Positions 18,424-28,292 of a DNA stretch of 64,000 nucleotides are shown here, in pieces. Numbering within the stretch: position 1 is the first letter of the stretch; each line of letters begins with the position of its first letter. The position numbers were made by a program, and so were the translations under genes. Under the pieces are notes generated by a model, which saw only the letters and a list, made by a program, of their open reading frames with translations, was not told where the DNA came from and made no database searches. This DNA comes from Acidobacteriota bacterium (GTDB lineage Bacteria > Acidobacteriota > Vicinamibacteria > Vicinamibacterales > CAVVIG01), in the NCBI GenBank assembly GCA_020850715.1, contig JADZED010000080.1, forward strand, positions 68,524 through 132,523. The letters run 5' to 3'.

Positions 18424-21267
18424 ATGCAGCAGCTGACGCATCGGCGATTGATCGGGCCATCATCGAGCCTGGCATGGCTGGCGCTGGCCGCCGGCCTCGG
18501 CCTCGCCGTCTCGGGCATCGAGGCGGCGGCGGGGCAGGCAGGAATTCAAGGTGAGATCATCGGTCACGTGTCCGACGCGACGGGCGCCGTCATGCCCGGC
18601 GTGAGCGTCACGCTCAGCGGGGCGGCCATGATGGGCGCGCAGGAGACCGTGAGCGACGATGCCGGGGGATATCGCTTCGGAGGCGTGCCGCCGGGCGCCG
18701 GCTACGTCCTCAGGCACGAGCTGGCCGGCTTCACGACCGTGGTTCGCGAGGGCATCGTCGTCACTGCCCGCGCCACCACGACCGTGGCGGTGACACTGGG
18801 GGTGGCGGCGGTGGCTGAAACGATCACGGTGAGCGGCGCGGCGCCGCTGGTCGACACGACCAGCGCGAGACAGGGTGCGTCGATCACCAAGGATCTGCTC
18901 GAGTTGATCCCGACCGGGCGCGATCCGTACGCGATCCTCGCGATGGCGCCGGGGATCGTGCGTGTCACGCCGAACGTCGGCGGTTCGGGCGCCGATCAGC
19001 TGCAGAACACCGTGTATGCCGGCACGACGGCGCGGCGCATGAACATCGCCGGCGCCGAGACCGCCGTCCGTTTCTGGGACGGCCGCTACATGAACTTCGA
19101 CGCCTACGAGGAAGTGGTGGTGGAGACCGCCGGCGCCGGGGCGGACATCCGGCGTCCCGGCGGAGGCTACAGCATGGAGCTGGTCCCGAGAAGCGGCGGA
19201 AACCGCCTGCAGGGGAACATCTCCTTCTTCGGGATCGACAAGGCGATGACCGCGAGCAACATCGACGACAGACTGCGCGCCGACGGCGTCAGCGAGGGGG
19301 GCAACACCGACTCGCTGCACGACGTGTCGGTGAACATCGGCGGTCCGTTCGTCAAGGACAGGCTGTGGTGGTTCGCCTCCGCCCGCCACTTTCGCACGTT
19401 CCGCCACGTGCTGGGCATCCCGCAGCTCGAGGAGGGCGTCCTGATTCCGACGGTGATGAACGTCACCGCCCAGCTCAATCCGCAGCACCGCCTCCAGGGC
19501 TTCTGGAGCTGGTCGGCGAAACGGAGCCCGCAGCGCGACATGAGCCGGTTCATCGCGCCGGAAGCGAGCTACAACCAGGACTCGACCGATCAGCTCAAGC
19601 AGATCAAGTGGCTCGGCGCCTTCGGCGACAACTTCGTCGAGCTGCAGGGATTCATGTACGACACCTGGTGGCCGTCCTATCCGCAAGCGGGCAGCGGCGC
19701 GCCGATGAAGGATCTGGCCACCGGGCTCAGCTTTCACGGCCAGTACAACGACTTCACGAAGCGCGATTTCGATCGCTATCAGTCCAGCGGCTCGCTCAGC
19801 CGCCACGTGGCGGACTGGCTGGGTGCGTCGCACGATCTCAAGCTCGGATTCGACTGGCAGACCCACCGGTACGACGAGGACATCGAGGTCGGGCAGGGGT
19901 CCGACAGCCAGGTTCGGTACGAGCTGCGCAACGGGGCGCCGGCATTCGCCGTCCTGTACAACAGCCCCGTCACGCTGAATCGGAACTCCGACGGGCTGTC
20001 GCTCTACCTGCAGGATCGGATCAACCTTGCCCGCCTGACGGTTGGCGCGGGGCTGCGCTGGGATTACTACAACGCCTGGTGGCCGGCCCAGGGGTCGCCT
20101 GACGGCAACCGCTTCGAGGCGATCTTCGGGCGGCTCGACATCGCCAAGAACGGCAAGGTCCTGACGTGGCAGAACGTCGCGCCGCGGTTCAGCGCGGTCT
20201 ACCGGCTGACGGCCGACGGGAGCACGGTCGTCAACGCGGCGTACGGACGATTCCCCGGAGAGATGGATCCCAGCCTTCACACCGACTTCATCCATCCGAG
20301 CGGGCTGCGGTGGCAGCGCCACGTGTGGTACGGCGACGAGAACGGGAACGACGTCCTCGACCTCGCCGAGATCGGTTCGCTCGTCAACCAGTTCGTGCCG
20401 CGCGACAACCGTCTGGATCCCGATCTGGAGAATCCGACGACCGAGGAGGTGAGCGCCAGCCTCAATCGCGACCTGGGCGGGAGCATGGCCCTGAAGGTCA
20501 ATTACGTCTACGCGCGGTACCTCGAGACGATCAATCTCGTGGGGATCAACGCCGCCGTGCCCTCGTCGGCCTACCGGCCCATGGAGATCACCGACCCGGG
20601 TCCCGACGGCGTCCGGAGCACGGGCGACGACCGGCCGCTCACCGTGTACAACCTGGACGCCGCCTACGTCGGGAAGGCGTCGTTCCTGCGGACGAACCTT
20701 CCGGGCGCCCAGCGAAAGGCGCACTCCTTCAACGTGCAGCTGCAGAAGAGGCTGTCCAACAACTGGCAGTTCCTGGTCGGGTACGGCTTCAGCCGGACCA
20801 GCGAGACCGCCAACGTCGACTTCACCAATCCGAACGCCTTGATCAACGCCGAGGGGCGCGCGGACATCGATACGCCTCATTCGTTCTCGCTGACCGGCAG
20901 CTATCAGCTGCCCCACGACGTGGTGCTGTCCGCCAACTGGAACCTGCGGTCGGGCATGCCCTACGACCGGGTGCTGCAGGTGTTCGGACTGCGCCAGGGT
21001 TCGATCAGCGTCAGGGCCGACCCCCTGGGAACCTATCGCCACGACTCGATGAACATGCTCGACTTCAGGGTGGAGAAAGGGTTCCGCGCGGCAACCGGCC
21101 GGCTGGCCCTGCTCGTCGAGGTCTTCAACACGCTCAACACGAACGCGAGCATGGACGTCGGGGTGGGAGGGCTCGGCCGCGGCACGGTGACCGGCGGCAA
21201 CTTCGGCAAGGTCGCCATCGTCGCGCCGCCGCGGACCCTCCGGCTGGGCGCGCGCTTCACTTTCTGA
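18424..21267 (+). CDS. TonB-dependent receptor-like outer-membrane protein with N-terminal carboxypeptidase-regulatory-like domain
   Basis: Signal peptide, 'GHVSDATGAVMPGVSVTLSG...DDAGGYRFGGVPPG' CarboxypepD_reg pattern, a long beta-barrel, and the terminal 'LRLGARFTF'. Confidence 0.8.
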   Translation: MQQLTHRRLIGPSSSLAWLALAAGLGLAVSGIEAAAGQAGIQGEIIGHVSDATGAVMPGVSVTLSGAAMMGAQETVSDDAGGYRFGGVPPGAGYVLRHELAGFTTVVREGIVVTARATTTVAVTLGVAAVAETITVSGAAPLVDTTSARQGASITKDLLELIPTGRDPYAILAMAPGIVRVTPNVGGSGADQLQNTVYAGTTARRMNIAGAETAVRFWDGRYMNFDAYEEVVVETAGAGADIRRPGGGYSMELVPRSGGNRLQGNISFFGIDKAMTASNIDDRLRADGVSEGGNTDSLHDVSVNIGGPFVKDRLWWFASARHFRTFRHVLGIPQLEEGVLIPTVMNVTAQLNPQHRLQGFWSWSAKRSPQRDMSRFIAPEASYNQDSTDQLKQIKWLGAFGDNFVELQGFMYDTWWPSYPQAGSGAPMKDLATGLSFHGQYNDFTKRDFDRYQSSGSLSRHVADWLGASHDLKLGFDWQTHRYDEDIEVGQGSDSQVRYELRNGAPAFAVLYNSPVTLNRNSDGLSLYLQDRINLARLTVGAGLRWDYYNAWWPAQGSPDGNRFEAIFGRLDIAKNGKVLTWQNVAPRFSAVYRLTADGSTVVNAAYGRFPGEMDPSLHTDFIHPSGLRWQRHVWYGDENGNDVLDLAEIGSLVNQFVPRDNRLDPDLENPTTEEVSASLNRDLGGSMALKVNYVYARYLETINLVGINAAVPSSAYRPMEITDPGPDGVRSTGDDRPLTVYNLDAAYVGKASFLRTNLPGAQRKAHSFNVQLQKRLSNNWQFLVGYGFSRTSETANVDFTNPNALINAEGRADIDTPHSFSLTGSYQLPHDVVLSANWNLRSGMPYDRVLQVFGLRQGSISVRADPLGTYRHDSMNMLDFRVEKGFRAATGRLALLVEVFNTLNTNASMDVGVGGLGRGTVTGGNFGKVAIVAPPRTLRLGARFTF

Positions 21268-21280
21268 GGAGAGACACCAC

Positions 21281-22735
21281 ATGACACGGACTGTGCCCGG
21301 GATGGTCATCGTCGGCTTCGCGATCCTGCTGGCCCCAGCGCCGGCGCGCGCCCAGCCATCACCACTGTCGAAGCCGAAGGCTTCCGCGCTCGCCTGGGTC
21401 GACGCGAATCAGGCGGCCCTGAAGCAGGTGTCGGACGATCTGTGGAGCTATTCCGAGATCGGCCTCCGGGAGATCAAGTCGCACGAGCGGCTGACGAAAT
21501 ACCTCGAAGCGCAGGGCTTCACGATCCAGAGCGGCATCGGCGGCATGCCGACCGCGTTCGTCGCGACCTACGGCAGCGGCCGCCCGATTGTCGGCTTCCT
21601 TGCCGAGTACGACGCGCTGCCGGGCACCTCGCAGGAGGCGGTGCCCCAACGATCGCCGCGGGCCGGCATCGACGCCGGCCAGGCGTGCGGACACAATCTG
21701 TATGGAACCGCCAGCGTCGCCGCCGCGATCGCCGCAAAAGAAGCGATGGCGAGCAACGGGCTGGCCGGGACCATCCGAGTGTACGGCACGCCGGCCGAGG
21801 AGACGTTGATCGGCAAGATCTTCATGTTCCGGGCGGGCGTCTTCGACGATCTCGATGCCGCCTTCTCGTGGCACCCGGGCGACGAGACCGTTGCCAGCTA
21901 CGACTACTCGAAGGCGCTGGTCTCGATGAAGTTCCGCTTCCAGGGGCGAACCGCGCACGCCTCCACGTCGAAGCACGACGGGCGCAGCGCGCTCGATGCG
22001 GTCGAGCTGATGAACGTCGGCGCGAACTATCTGCGCGAGCACGTGAAAGACGATGCCCGCATTCATTACGTGATCACCGACGGCGGCGGCCAGCCCAACG
22101 TGGTGCCCGCCCGCGCGGAGGTGTGGTACTACGTCCGCGCGGACAAGCATCGCGACGTCGAGCGCTACTTCGCGCGCCTCGACGGGGTCGCCAAAGGCGC
22201 CGCGCAGATGACCGAGACCACGGTGGAGAAGACGGTCGTCACCGACACGCCGGAGATCCTGCCGAACCGGACGCTTGCCGAGCTCGTGGATCGCAACCTG
22301 CGCCTGGTCGGGCCGCCCAAGTTCAGCGCGGCCGACATGGCGTTCGCGACGACGCTGCAGTCGTCGCTGGACGACGAGTACGACGAGGTGATGTCGGAGG
22401 CGATCGGCGCCCTGCCGAAGGAGACCGAGCAGGGGGTCGCCTCGAACGATCAGGGCGTGATCAGCTGGTCGGTGCCAATCGGCAGGCTCACCGCGGCGAC
22501 CTATCCGCTGGGGACGCCTGGGCACAGCTGGCAGGTGGTGGCCGCCGTGGGCCACACGCTCGGCCAGCCCGGCATGATCGTCGCCGCCAAGACGCTGGCG
22601 CTGTCGGCCGTCGAACTGCTGGCCGATCCGAAGCTGGTCGCCGCGGCAAAGCGCGATCTCGAAGAGCTCAAGCGCGGACAGACCTACAACAGCCTGTTGC
22701 CGGCCGGGCAGCCGGCGCCGACGGCGATTCGCTGA
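21281..22735 (+). CDS. M20D amidohydrolase (AbgB-like), secreted
   Basis: Signal peptide, 'EYDALPG', 'GHNLYGTASVAAAIA' and 'GTPAEET'. Starts 14 nt after the receptor gene. Confidence 0.8.
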   Translation: MTRTVPGMVIVGFAILLAPAPARAQPSPLSKPKASALAWVDANQAALKQVSDDLWSYSEIGLREIKSHERLTKYLEAQGFTIQSGIGGMPTAFVATYGSGRPIVGFLAEYDALPGTSQEAVPQRSPRAGIDAGQACGHNLYGTASVAAAIAAKEAMASNGLAGTIRVYGTPAEETLIGKIFMFRAGVFDDLDAAFSWHPGDETVASYDYSKALVSMKFRFQGRTAHASTSKHDGRSALDAVELMNVGANYLREHVKDDARIHYVITDGGGQPNVVPARAEVWYYVRADKHRDVERYFARLDGVAKGAAQMTETTVEKTVVTDTPEILPNRTLAELVDRNLRLVGPPKFSAADMAFATTLQSSLDDEYDEVMSEAIGALPKETEQGVASNDQGVISWSVPIGRLTAATYPLGTPGHSWQVVAAVGHTLGQPGMIVAAKTLALSAVELLADPKLVAAAKRDLEELKRGQTYNSLLPAGQPAPTAIR

Positions 22736-22769
22736 TCTCTGAAGGGTTACGAACGTACCGCCTGGAGGT

Positions 22770-22797
22770 GCCCGATCCTGTGCGCGGGGGATCGGGC
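22770..22797. terminator. Hairpin between convergent genes
   Basis: 9-bp stem 'gcccgatcc'/'ggatcgggc' with a 10-nt loop, located between the 22735 (+) and 22822 (-) gene ends. Confidence 0.35.
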
Positions 22798-22821
22798 GCC
22801 TGACGTGCGGCTGAGGAAACG

Positions 22822-24024
22822 CTACAGCGAAAAGCGGATCTCGCGTCCGCCTCGCGCGAGGATCACCCGGCGACCACGCATCCACGACACGCCGACGTAC
22901 CCGCTGCAATCAATTGGCGCGATCGCCGATGGATCGCGATGCCACGCCTTGATCAGGAATTCAGCAGGCACCGCGGGAGATTCTGCGACCGCCAGCGTCC
23001 CGCTGAACCCGGACCACACTTCGGCCTGTCCCATCATCGTCGGGCTCCAGGTGAGGCGACGATCCGCGGGATGCTTCCCGAGACGCGCGGCGACGGCCGG
23101 GGTCACGATGTCGGCCCCGGCGCCTGAATCGAACAGGAAGTATCCGGCGATCCGGCCGTTCACCGTGCCACCGACAAACGGGTTGCCCTCGTCCCACACG
23201 AGGTCGGCGCGGCCGCCGGCATCCTGTTCCAGCCCCTCCCCGCCCCCGTGGGCTGCGATCTGGAACGTGCGGCGCCCGAAGTCGAGCGCGGCGGTCACCG
23301 TGCGAAGGGTGTCGCCGGGCGAGAGTACGCCCTTGACGCCGAGGTCCTCGGGAAAGTCCGCCACTTGAACCGGACAGGTGGTGAACGACATTTCGCCAAT
23401 CGTGATCCGGTTCACGATGGCCGGACTGATCGGAAGCCGCCGGCCGCTGCCTGACAGCGCGGAGTCGCCCTCCGCCAGCCGGCGGATGCCTGCCTTGTCG
23501 CTGTAGCCGCGCGAAATCAGCGTCGTCGGAGCGCCGGTGTCGACGATGAACGGCTCGGCGGGGTGATGATCGATCGACACCGGAATCGTCGGCAGCAGCG
23601 TACCCTCGACGAACGGCACGACCGACTCTGAACCGGGCTGGAGCTGGTTGATCGGCCGGTCGCCGACGGCCTCGGCGAGCGCTGCCAGCGCGAGGACCTT
23701 GCTCTGCAGCGGCCCCGATGCCGGCATCGCGGCCAGCGCCGCGAGGTCTTCACGCGCGGACGCGATCCCGAGGGTCCGGTAGAGCGCGAGCGCCAGCTCC
23801 CGGCGAGTCTCGGGGCGCTCGCGCAGGACCATGCCCGCCGCCGATGCGGAGATGGCCCGCAGCACCTTGTCGTCCCGCCGCCGGCTGGCCACCAGCACCC
23901 GGCCGAGCGCGGCGTCGCGGTGCCGCCCGAGATCGTCGAGCTCGACGATCGCCTTCGCGGCCGCGCGCCAGTCCACCGCCGACACGGCGCGGTGCAGCCG
24001 CTCGACCGGTGCGGCGTCCATCAT
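22822..24024 (-). CDS. Two-lobed retropepsin-like (clan AA) aspartic protease, cytoplasmic; last gene of the radical SAM operon
   Basis: Two catalytic signatures in one chain, 'FIVDTGAPTTLI' and 'FLFDSGAGADIV'. No signal peptide. ATG-ATG at 24024/24021 lies 23 nt after the upstream rSAM stop; the longer listed ORF would overlap that gene. Confidence 0.65.
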   Translation of the reverse strand: MMDAAPVERLHRAVSAVDWRAAAKAIVELDDLGRHRDAALGRVLVASRRRDDKVLRAISASAAGMVLRERPETRRELALALYRTLGIASAREDLAALAAMPASGPLQSKVLALAALAEAVGDRPINQLQPGSESVVPFVEGTLLPTIPVSIDHHPAEPFIVDTGAPTTLISRGYSDKAGIRRLAEGDSALSGSGRRLPISPAIVNRITIGEMSFTTCPVQVADFPEDLGVKGVLSPGDTLRTVTAALDFGRRTFQIAAHGGGEGLEQDAGGRADLVWDEGNPFVGGTVNGRIAGYFLFDSGAGADIVTPAVAARLGKHPADRRLTWSPTMMGQAEVWSGFSGTLAVAESPAVPAEFLIKAWHRDPSAIAPIDCSGYVGVSWMRGRRVILARGGREIRFSL

Positions 24025-24047
24025 CGCATCGAGCGTACCACGTGCGG

Positions 24048-25100
24048 TCAGGAGAACAGTTCCCGTTCGAGGCGATCCAGTTGCGCGACCACCTCCGGGC
24101 GCGCCGCGCGATCGCTCAGGTAGCGGCCCACGCGCCCTTCGCGATCCCAGAGCTGCACGCAGAGCTCGCACGTCTTGTGAGGCATCAGCGCCGGCTGCAG
24201 GGCCGGATCGCCCGTTTCCGCCAGCCATTTCAGCGGATACGCAAACCCGACGAGCCGCACCAGGCGGAGCAGCGGATCGCGCAGCCACGCCTCGCGAGCC
24301 GACACGAGGCTGTTCCCGCGCGCATCGCCAAACTCGAACGGATGGCAGCCGCGCCGCTCATACGCCAGGCCCGAACAGCACGGCCCGATCGAGCCGTCCT
24401 CCCGGACGATTGGCCCGCTGGACAGGCACGGCTCGAGTGCGGGCGGCCCGGCGGCCGGCGCGACGCGGCGGAGGATCTCGGCGGCGCGGCCGATCCGCCG
24501 GACCGATTGCCGATAGATCGGCACATCGGGCCCCGTGGCGGCGCGCAACTCGTCGAGCAGCGCGAGGTCTTCCTCCGAAGGCGGCGTCTCGACACACGCG
24601 CGCACCGAGTGGGCGATGCGCCTGGCCTGCAGGGCGCGCAGCAGGGCGCAGAAGGCGGACAGCGCCAGCTCCTTCTGGTGGTAGCGATCGAACCCGAGAT
24701 CCCAGTGGTCGATCGCCGCGAGACGGTCGAGCACCTTCAGCGTCGCCGCCGGCGATACGGCCCATGCCCCTGAGGTCACGATCGAAGTGGCGAGCCCGAC
24801 GCGCTTCGCGGCGGCGGCGAGGACCGCCACGCCGGGGAGCGCCAGGACCGGCTCGCCGCCGGTGAACGTCAGGTGACGCACGCCCGCGTCGTACAGGGCG
24901 GGCAGCTCCGCGGCGTAACGCGCGGCGTCGGCGACGGTGAGGGTGTCGCCGGCGACCTCCGGGCCGCTGGACGTCACGCAGTGATCGCAGTGGAGCGGAC
25001 ACCGGCGCGTGACGCTGAACACGAGATTGCTCTGCGCCAGGCGCTGCATCGCCAGGAACTCGTCCGCGCCTGCATAGCCGGGATGAGACGCGTGCGGCAC
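24048..25100 (-). CDS. Radical SAM enzyme, compact twitch/SPASM-like paralogue 1
   Basis: 'CPLHCDHC' CxxxCxxC, 'FTGGEP', 'PCLSSGPIVREDGSIGPCC' (Cx10Gx4CC), 'HPF', 'LLRLVRLVGF' and 'CELC'. GTG 25100 keeps the N-terminal 'EFLAMQRL...FSVT' segment conserved in the paralogues; ATG 25049 is an alternative start. Listed ORF 24048..27059 is mostly an out-of-frame shadow. Confidence 0.8.
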   Translation of the reverse strand: MPHASHPGYAGADEFLAMQRLAQSNLVFSVTRRCPLHCDHCVTSSGPEVAGDTLTVADAARYAAELPALYDAGVRHLTFTGGEPVLALPGVAVLAAAAKRVGLATSIVTSGAWAVSPAATLKVLDRLAAIDHWDLGFDRYHQKELALSAFCALLRALQARRIAHSVRACVETPPSEEDLALLDELRAATGPDVPIYRQSVRRIGRAAEILRRVAPAAGPPALEPCLSSGPIVREDGSIGPCCSGLAYERRGCHPFEFGDARGNSLVSAREAWLRDPLLRLVRLVGFAYPLKWLAETGDPALQPALMPHKTCELCVQLWDREGRVGRYLSDRAARPEVVAQLDRLERELFS

Positions 25101-25108
25101 GGCGCGGA

Positions 25109-27121
25109 TCAGACCGCGGCCAGGTTGAGCATCGGCAGGCGCGCCGGCTGGCGTGCCTCCGGGGCCGGTTCGCCGCCCAGCACGTAGGCCCGCAGCTCCT
25201 CGGTGGTGCGGACCCTGTGGCCGATCGGCAAGGTGAGCAGCTGGCTGCCCTCCGCCATCAGCACGTCCGACTCGATCAGCTCGTTGACGACTGCGTCGAG
25301 CGTGCCGTCGGCGACCTCCTTCGGATACCGGCCCGAAAGCTCGTGCGCCAGCGTCTGCCGGCCCTTGACCTCGTCGCACAGCAGGACGACGTCCTGGTGG
25401 AGATCGGCCAGGCGGAGAAAGCGCCCGTCGCCATGGCGCGTGTCGCGAATCTGCAGGAACCCGGCGCCGATCACGTACTCGTAGACCGGCGGCGTCTTCG
25501 CCTCGTGCGCGGCGATCCACGGCTTGATGGCCTCGCGCAGCTCCTCCACGTACTCGCCGGGCGGGGCCATCCGCGGCGAATTGAACTCGAAGAAATAGCC
25601 GATCTTGCGGGGATCGACGCGCCCTTCGGGGAAATTGAACGTGTAGTCGGACCTGAGCGCGTAGTGATCGACGTCGAGCGCCTCGCGGTCTTCGAAGAGG
25701 GGCGCGAAGCGGTGCATCTCGATGAAGTGCACGTTGTGCAGCGGCGGCTGGATGTGACGCAGGCGGGGAATCAACGCGGCCATGTCGCGATACCACTGCG
25801 CCTCTTCTCCGGGAAACCCCGCCAGCATGTTGTAGGAGAGATGGACGCCGATCTCCCGGCACCACCGCAGGAACATCACGTGCCGGATCGCCGACGTGCC
25901 CTTCTTCATCAGCTGCAGGAGGGGGGTCGACAGCGACTCGATGCCGGGCTGGACGTGCACGACGCCGGCCCGCTTCATCTTCACGATCTGCGCCTTCTTC
26001 ATGCTGGCGCGCACCTCGTAGAACAGCTCGAGATCCAGATCGAGATCGATCAGCCGCTCGAACAGCTCGTCGCAGTGCCAGTGCGAGATGATCCAGTCGG
26101 TCGCGGTGAGCTTGACCGTCTGGTAGCGCGCCGAGATCGTCGCGATCTCGCGGATCACCCGATCGATGCTCTTCGCGCGAAAGCTCATGAGGTCGTCGTT
26201 GATGCCGCAGAACACGCAATGGTTCTTCTGTCCCCACCAGCAGCCGCGCGAGCTCTCGAACGGCACGAACTCGACGTTGAAGACCTTGCCGGTCTCCGCG
26301 CGCAGCCGCTCGGCCTCCTCGTAGAACGCGTCGTAGTCGGGCATCGGGCTCTCGTCGAGATTCGCGAGCGGCCGGCCCGCCACGAGCTGCAGGCGGCCGT
26401 CCCGCCAGCTCGTCACGCCGGGAATGCCGTCGGTCGGCTCGCCGGCCGTGATTCGTCGCAGGTACTCGCGGAACGATTCTTCCGCCTCGCCGAGGAACAC
26501 GTGATCGATCACCTCGGGGAGCCCCCGGTGATACTCCTGCCCCATCTCGCCGTCGAAGCAGGCGCCGCCCGCCAGAATCTGCACCGCGGGGCGCGCGATC
26601 TTGACGCGGCGGGCCAGCGCCAGGCTCGCCATGACCTGGTTGAACGTCGCGCTGAACCCGACGACGGTCGGCTCCATGTCGAGCACGCGGCGCGCCGCCG
26701 CGTCCAGGAAGTGCGGCACCGTTTCGTCGCGCAGGTGCCTGAGATAGGCCAGGTCGCCGAACTTGACGCACCATTGCCCGACGACCTCGTCGCGCTTCAG
26801 CGTACGGTGAAACGCATCGAGGTAGGCATCGCTGTCGAGCGCCTCGCGGCCGAACACGTCGACCGAGAACAGGTGCTCCGACAGGCCGTACAGCGCCCGC
26901 TCGTTGGCGAAGCGCCCCGCGGTCTCGAAGCCGACCAGCGCGGACATGTCGAGATTCGGATACAGACAGCGGACCCCCACGCCGGCTTCTTCGCAGAGCC
27001 GCGAGAGGATGCCCAAGGCAATCGACGGACGCTGCGTCGTTGCCCAGGGCATGTGGCACAGCACGACGCGCGGCCCTGTGCCATCCTGGCGAAGTGATTC
27101 AGGCATGTTGGTATCCAGCAT
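25109..27121 (-). CDS. B12-binding-domain radical SAM enzyme, RiPP maturation C-methyltransferase-like (TIGR03975-like), with C-terminal RRE-like region
   Basis: N-terminal B12-binding-type fold 'VVLCHMPWATTQRPSIALGILS', atypical cluster motif 'SRGCWWGQKNHCVFCG' (Cx7CxxC), and 'VHVQPGIESLS'. ATG 27121 lies 1 nt after the upstream stop (TGA-g-ATG). Confidence 0.8.
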   Translation of the reverse strand: MLDTNMPESLRQDGTGPRVVLCHMPWATTQRPSIALGILSRLCEEAGVGVRCLYPNLDMSALVGFETAGRFANERALYGLSEHLFSVDVFGREALDSDAYLDAFHRTLKRDEVVGQWCVKFGDLAYLRHLRDETVPHFLDAAARRVLDMEPTVVGFSATFNQVMASLALARRVKIARPAVQILAGGACFDGEMGQEYHRGLPEVIDHVFLGEAEESFREYLRRITAGEPTDGIPGVTSWRDGRLQLVAGRPLANLDESPMPDYDAFYEEAERLRAETGKVFNVEFVPFESSRGCWWGQKNHCVFCGINDDLMSFRAKSIDRVIREIATISARYQTVKLTATDWIISHWHCDELFERLIDLDLDLELFYEVRASMKKAQIVKMKRAGVVHVQPGIESLSTPLLQLMKKGTSAIRHVMFLRWCREIGVHLSYNMLAGFPGEEAQWYRDMAALIPRLRHIQPPLHNVHFIEMHRFAPLFEDREALDVDHYALRSDYTFNFPEGRVDPRKIGYFFEFNSPRMAPPGEYVEELREAIKPWIAAHEAKTPPVYEYVIGAGFLQIRDTRHGDGRFLRLADLHQDVVLLCDEVKGRQTLAHELSGRYPKEVADGTLDAVVNELIESDVLMAEGSQLLTLPIGHRVRTTEELRAYVLGGEPAPEARQPARLPMLNLAAV

Positions 27122-27122
27122 C

Positions 27123-28292
27123 TCAGGGGTTCCCGTTGCCAGGGTCGTCCAGGCTCTGGAGCAGCGCCGCGGCATCGGCGAAGCCCTCGATCTCGCCGGC
27201 GTGCGCGCCGAGCTCTTCGATCGTGCGCCGCAGCAGGGCGTGCTCGTCGAGGAGGCGGCTCGCCAGCACGGCGATGCGCAGGCGGTTCTCCGGCGCGCCG
27301 GCCCGGTTCACCAGGTAGGCCGCGACGCGATCGTTGGTCAGCAGCTGCGGGCACAGATCGCACACGTCGTCGGGAAGGGGACGGCGCAGCTCGGCCTCCA
27401 GGTCTGCGTCCTGCACCCATCGCACCACATCGAGAAACCCCACCACGCGGATCATCTGCAGCAGCGGCAGGCTCATGTAGTCGCGGTGCACGTCGGACAG
27501 CAAGCGCAGGCGCGGGTCGCCGACGTCGAACGGGTGGCGCCGCTCTTCGACGAGATTCACGCAGCACGGGGCGACGCTGCCGTCGTAGCGGACGACCAGG
27601 CCCTGCGTGATGCAGGGCTTGTTCCACGGGTGGTATTTCTCGCTGTCGCCCAGGCCCAGGTCCAGGCCGCGCCCCACCTTGCGCACCCGCTGGCTGCAGA
27701 CGTCTTCCGGATCCGCGAAGGTGCCGACCCAGGACAGCATCCGCTCGTCCTCCTCGGTAGGCGGGTCGTGATAGGTGAACCGGATCGTGGCGGTGCGCCC
27801 GAGCCGCCGGGCCGCCTCGTACGCCCTCGACACGTTCTCCTTCGCCACAAACGGCGTGTGATAGATGTCGGTTGAAATGTCCCAGATCTGAATGCCCGGA
27901 TACCGGCCGACGATCTTCGCCGCGCTGGTCTCGTCGTACGCCCAGTGCGCGGCCGTCACCACGCCCGATGTCAGCCCGGCGGCCCCCGCGGCGTCGCTCA
28001 TCACCTGCAGCTGGTCGCGAGCCAGCAGCGGTTCGCCGCCGGTGAAGCTGATCGCCCGAATGCCGTAGGCCGCCAGATCCGCCATCTGCCCCGCATAGCG
28101 CCGCGCGACCTCGATCGGCATCGTCGTCGAACCCTTGTCCGGTCCGGCGTCGACGATGCAGTGCGCGCAGCGAAGCGGGCAGGCGAGCGTGAGATTGAAC
28201 GTCAGATGCCGCGCCGCGCCCTTCTGCATCTGCGCGAGCTGCGCCAGCGTCAGGCGCACTTTCGGATCCGGCAGGCGAACGGCTACCGACAC
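27123..28292 (-). CDS. Radical SAM enzyme, compact twitch/SPASM-like paralogue 2
   Basis: 'CPLRCAHC', 'FTGGEP', 'WDISTDIYH', 'PCITQGLVVRYDGSVAPCC', 'HPF', 'LLQMIRVVGF' and 'CDLC'. GTG 28292 overlaps the paralogue 3 stop by 10 nt. Confidence 0.85.
   Translation of the reverse strand: MSVAVRLPDPKVRLTLAQLAQMQKGAARHLTFNLTLACPLRCAHCIVDAGPDKGSTTMPIEVARRYAGQMADLAAYGIRAISFTGGEPLLARDQLQVMSDAAGAAGLTSGVVTAAHWAYDETSAAKIVGRYPGIQIWDISTDIYHTPFVAKENVSRAYEAARRLGRTATIRFTYHDPPTEEDERMLSWVGTFADPEDVCSQRVRKVGRGLDLGLGDSEKYHPWNKPCITQGLVVRYDGSVAPCCVNLVEERRHPFDVGDPRLRLLSDVHRDYMSLPLLQMIRVVGFLDVVRWVQDADLEAELRRPLPDDVCDLCPQLLTNDRVAAYLVNRAGAPENRLRIAVLASRLLDEHALLRRTIEELGAHAGEIEGFADAAALLQSLDDPGNGNP

Noticed and set aside
24048-27059. 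1003-aa ORF that would fuse the B12-rSAM region and rSAM-1
   Set aside because: Upstream of ~25100 the translation is Arg/Pro/Gly-rich nonsense, out of frame with the well-supported 25109-27121 gene. Only the C-terminal ~350 aa carry rSAM motifs.
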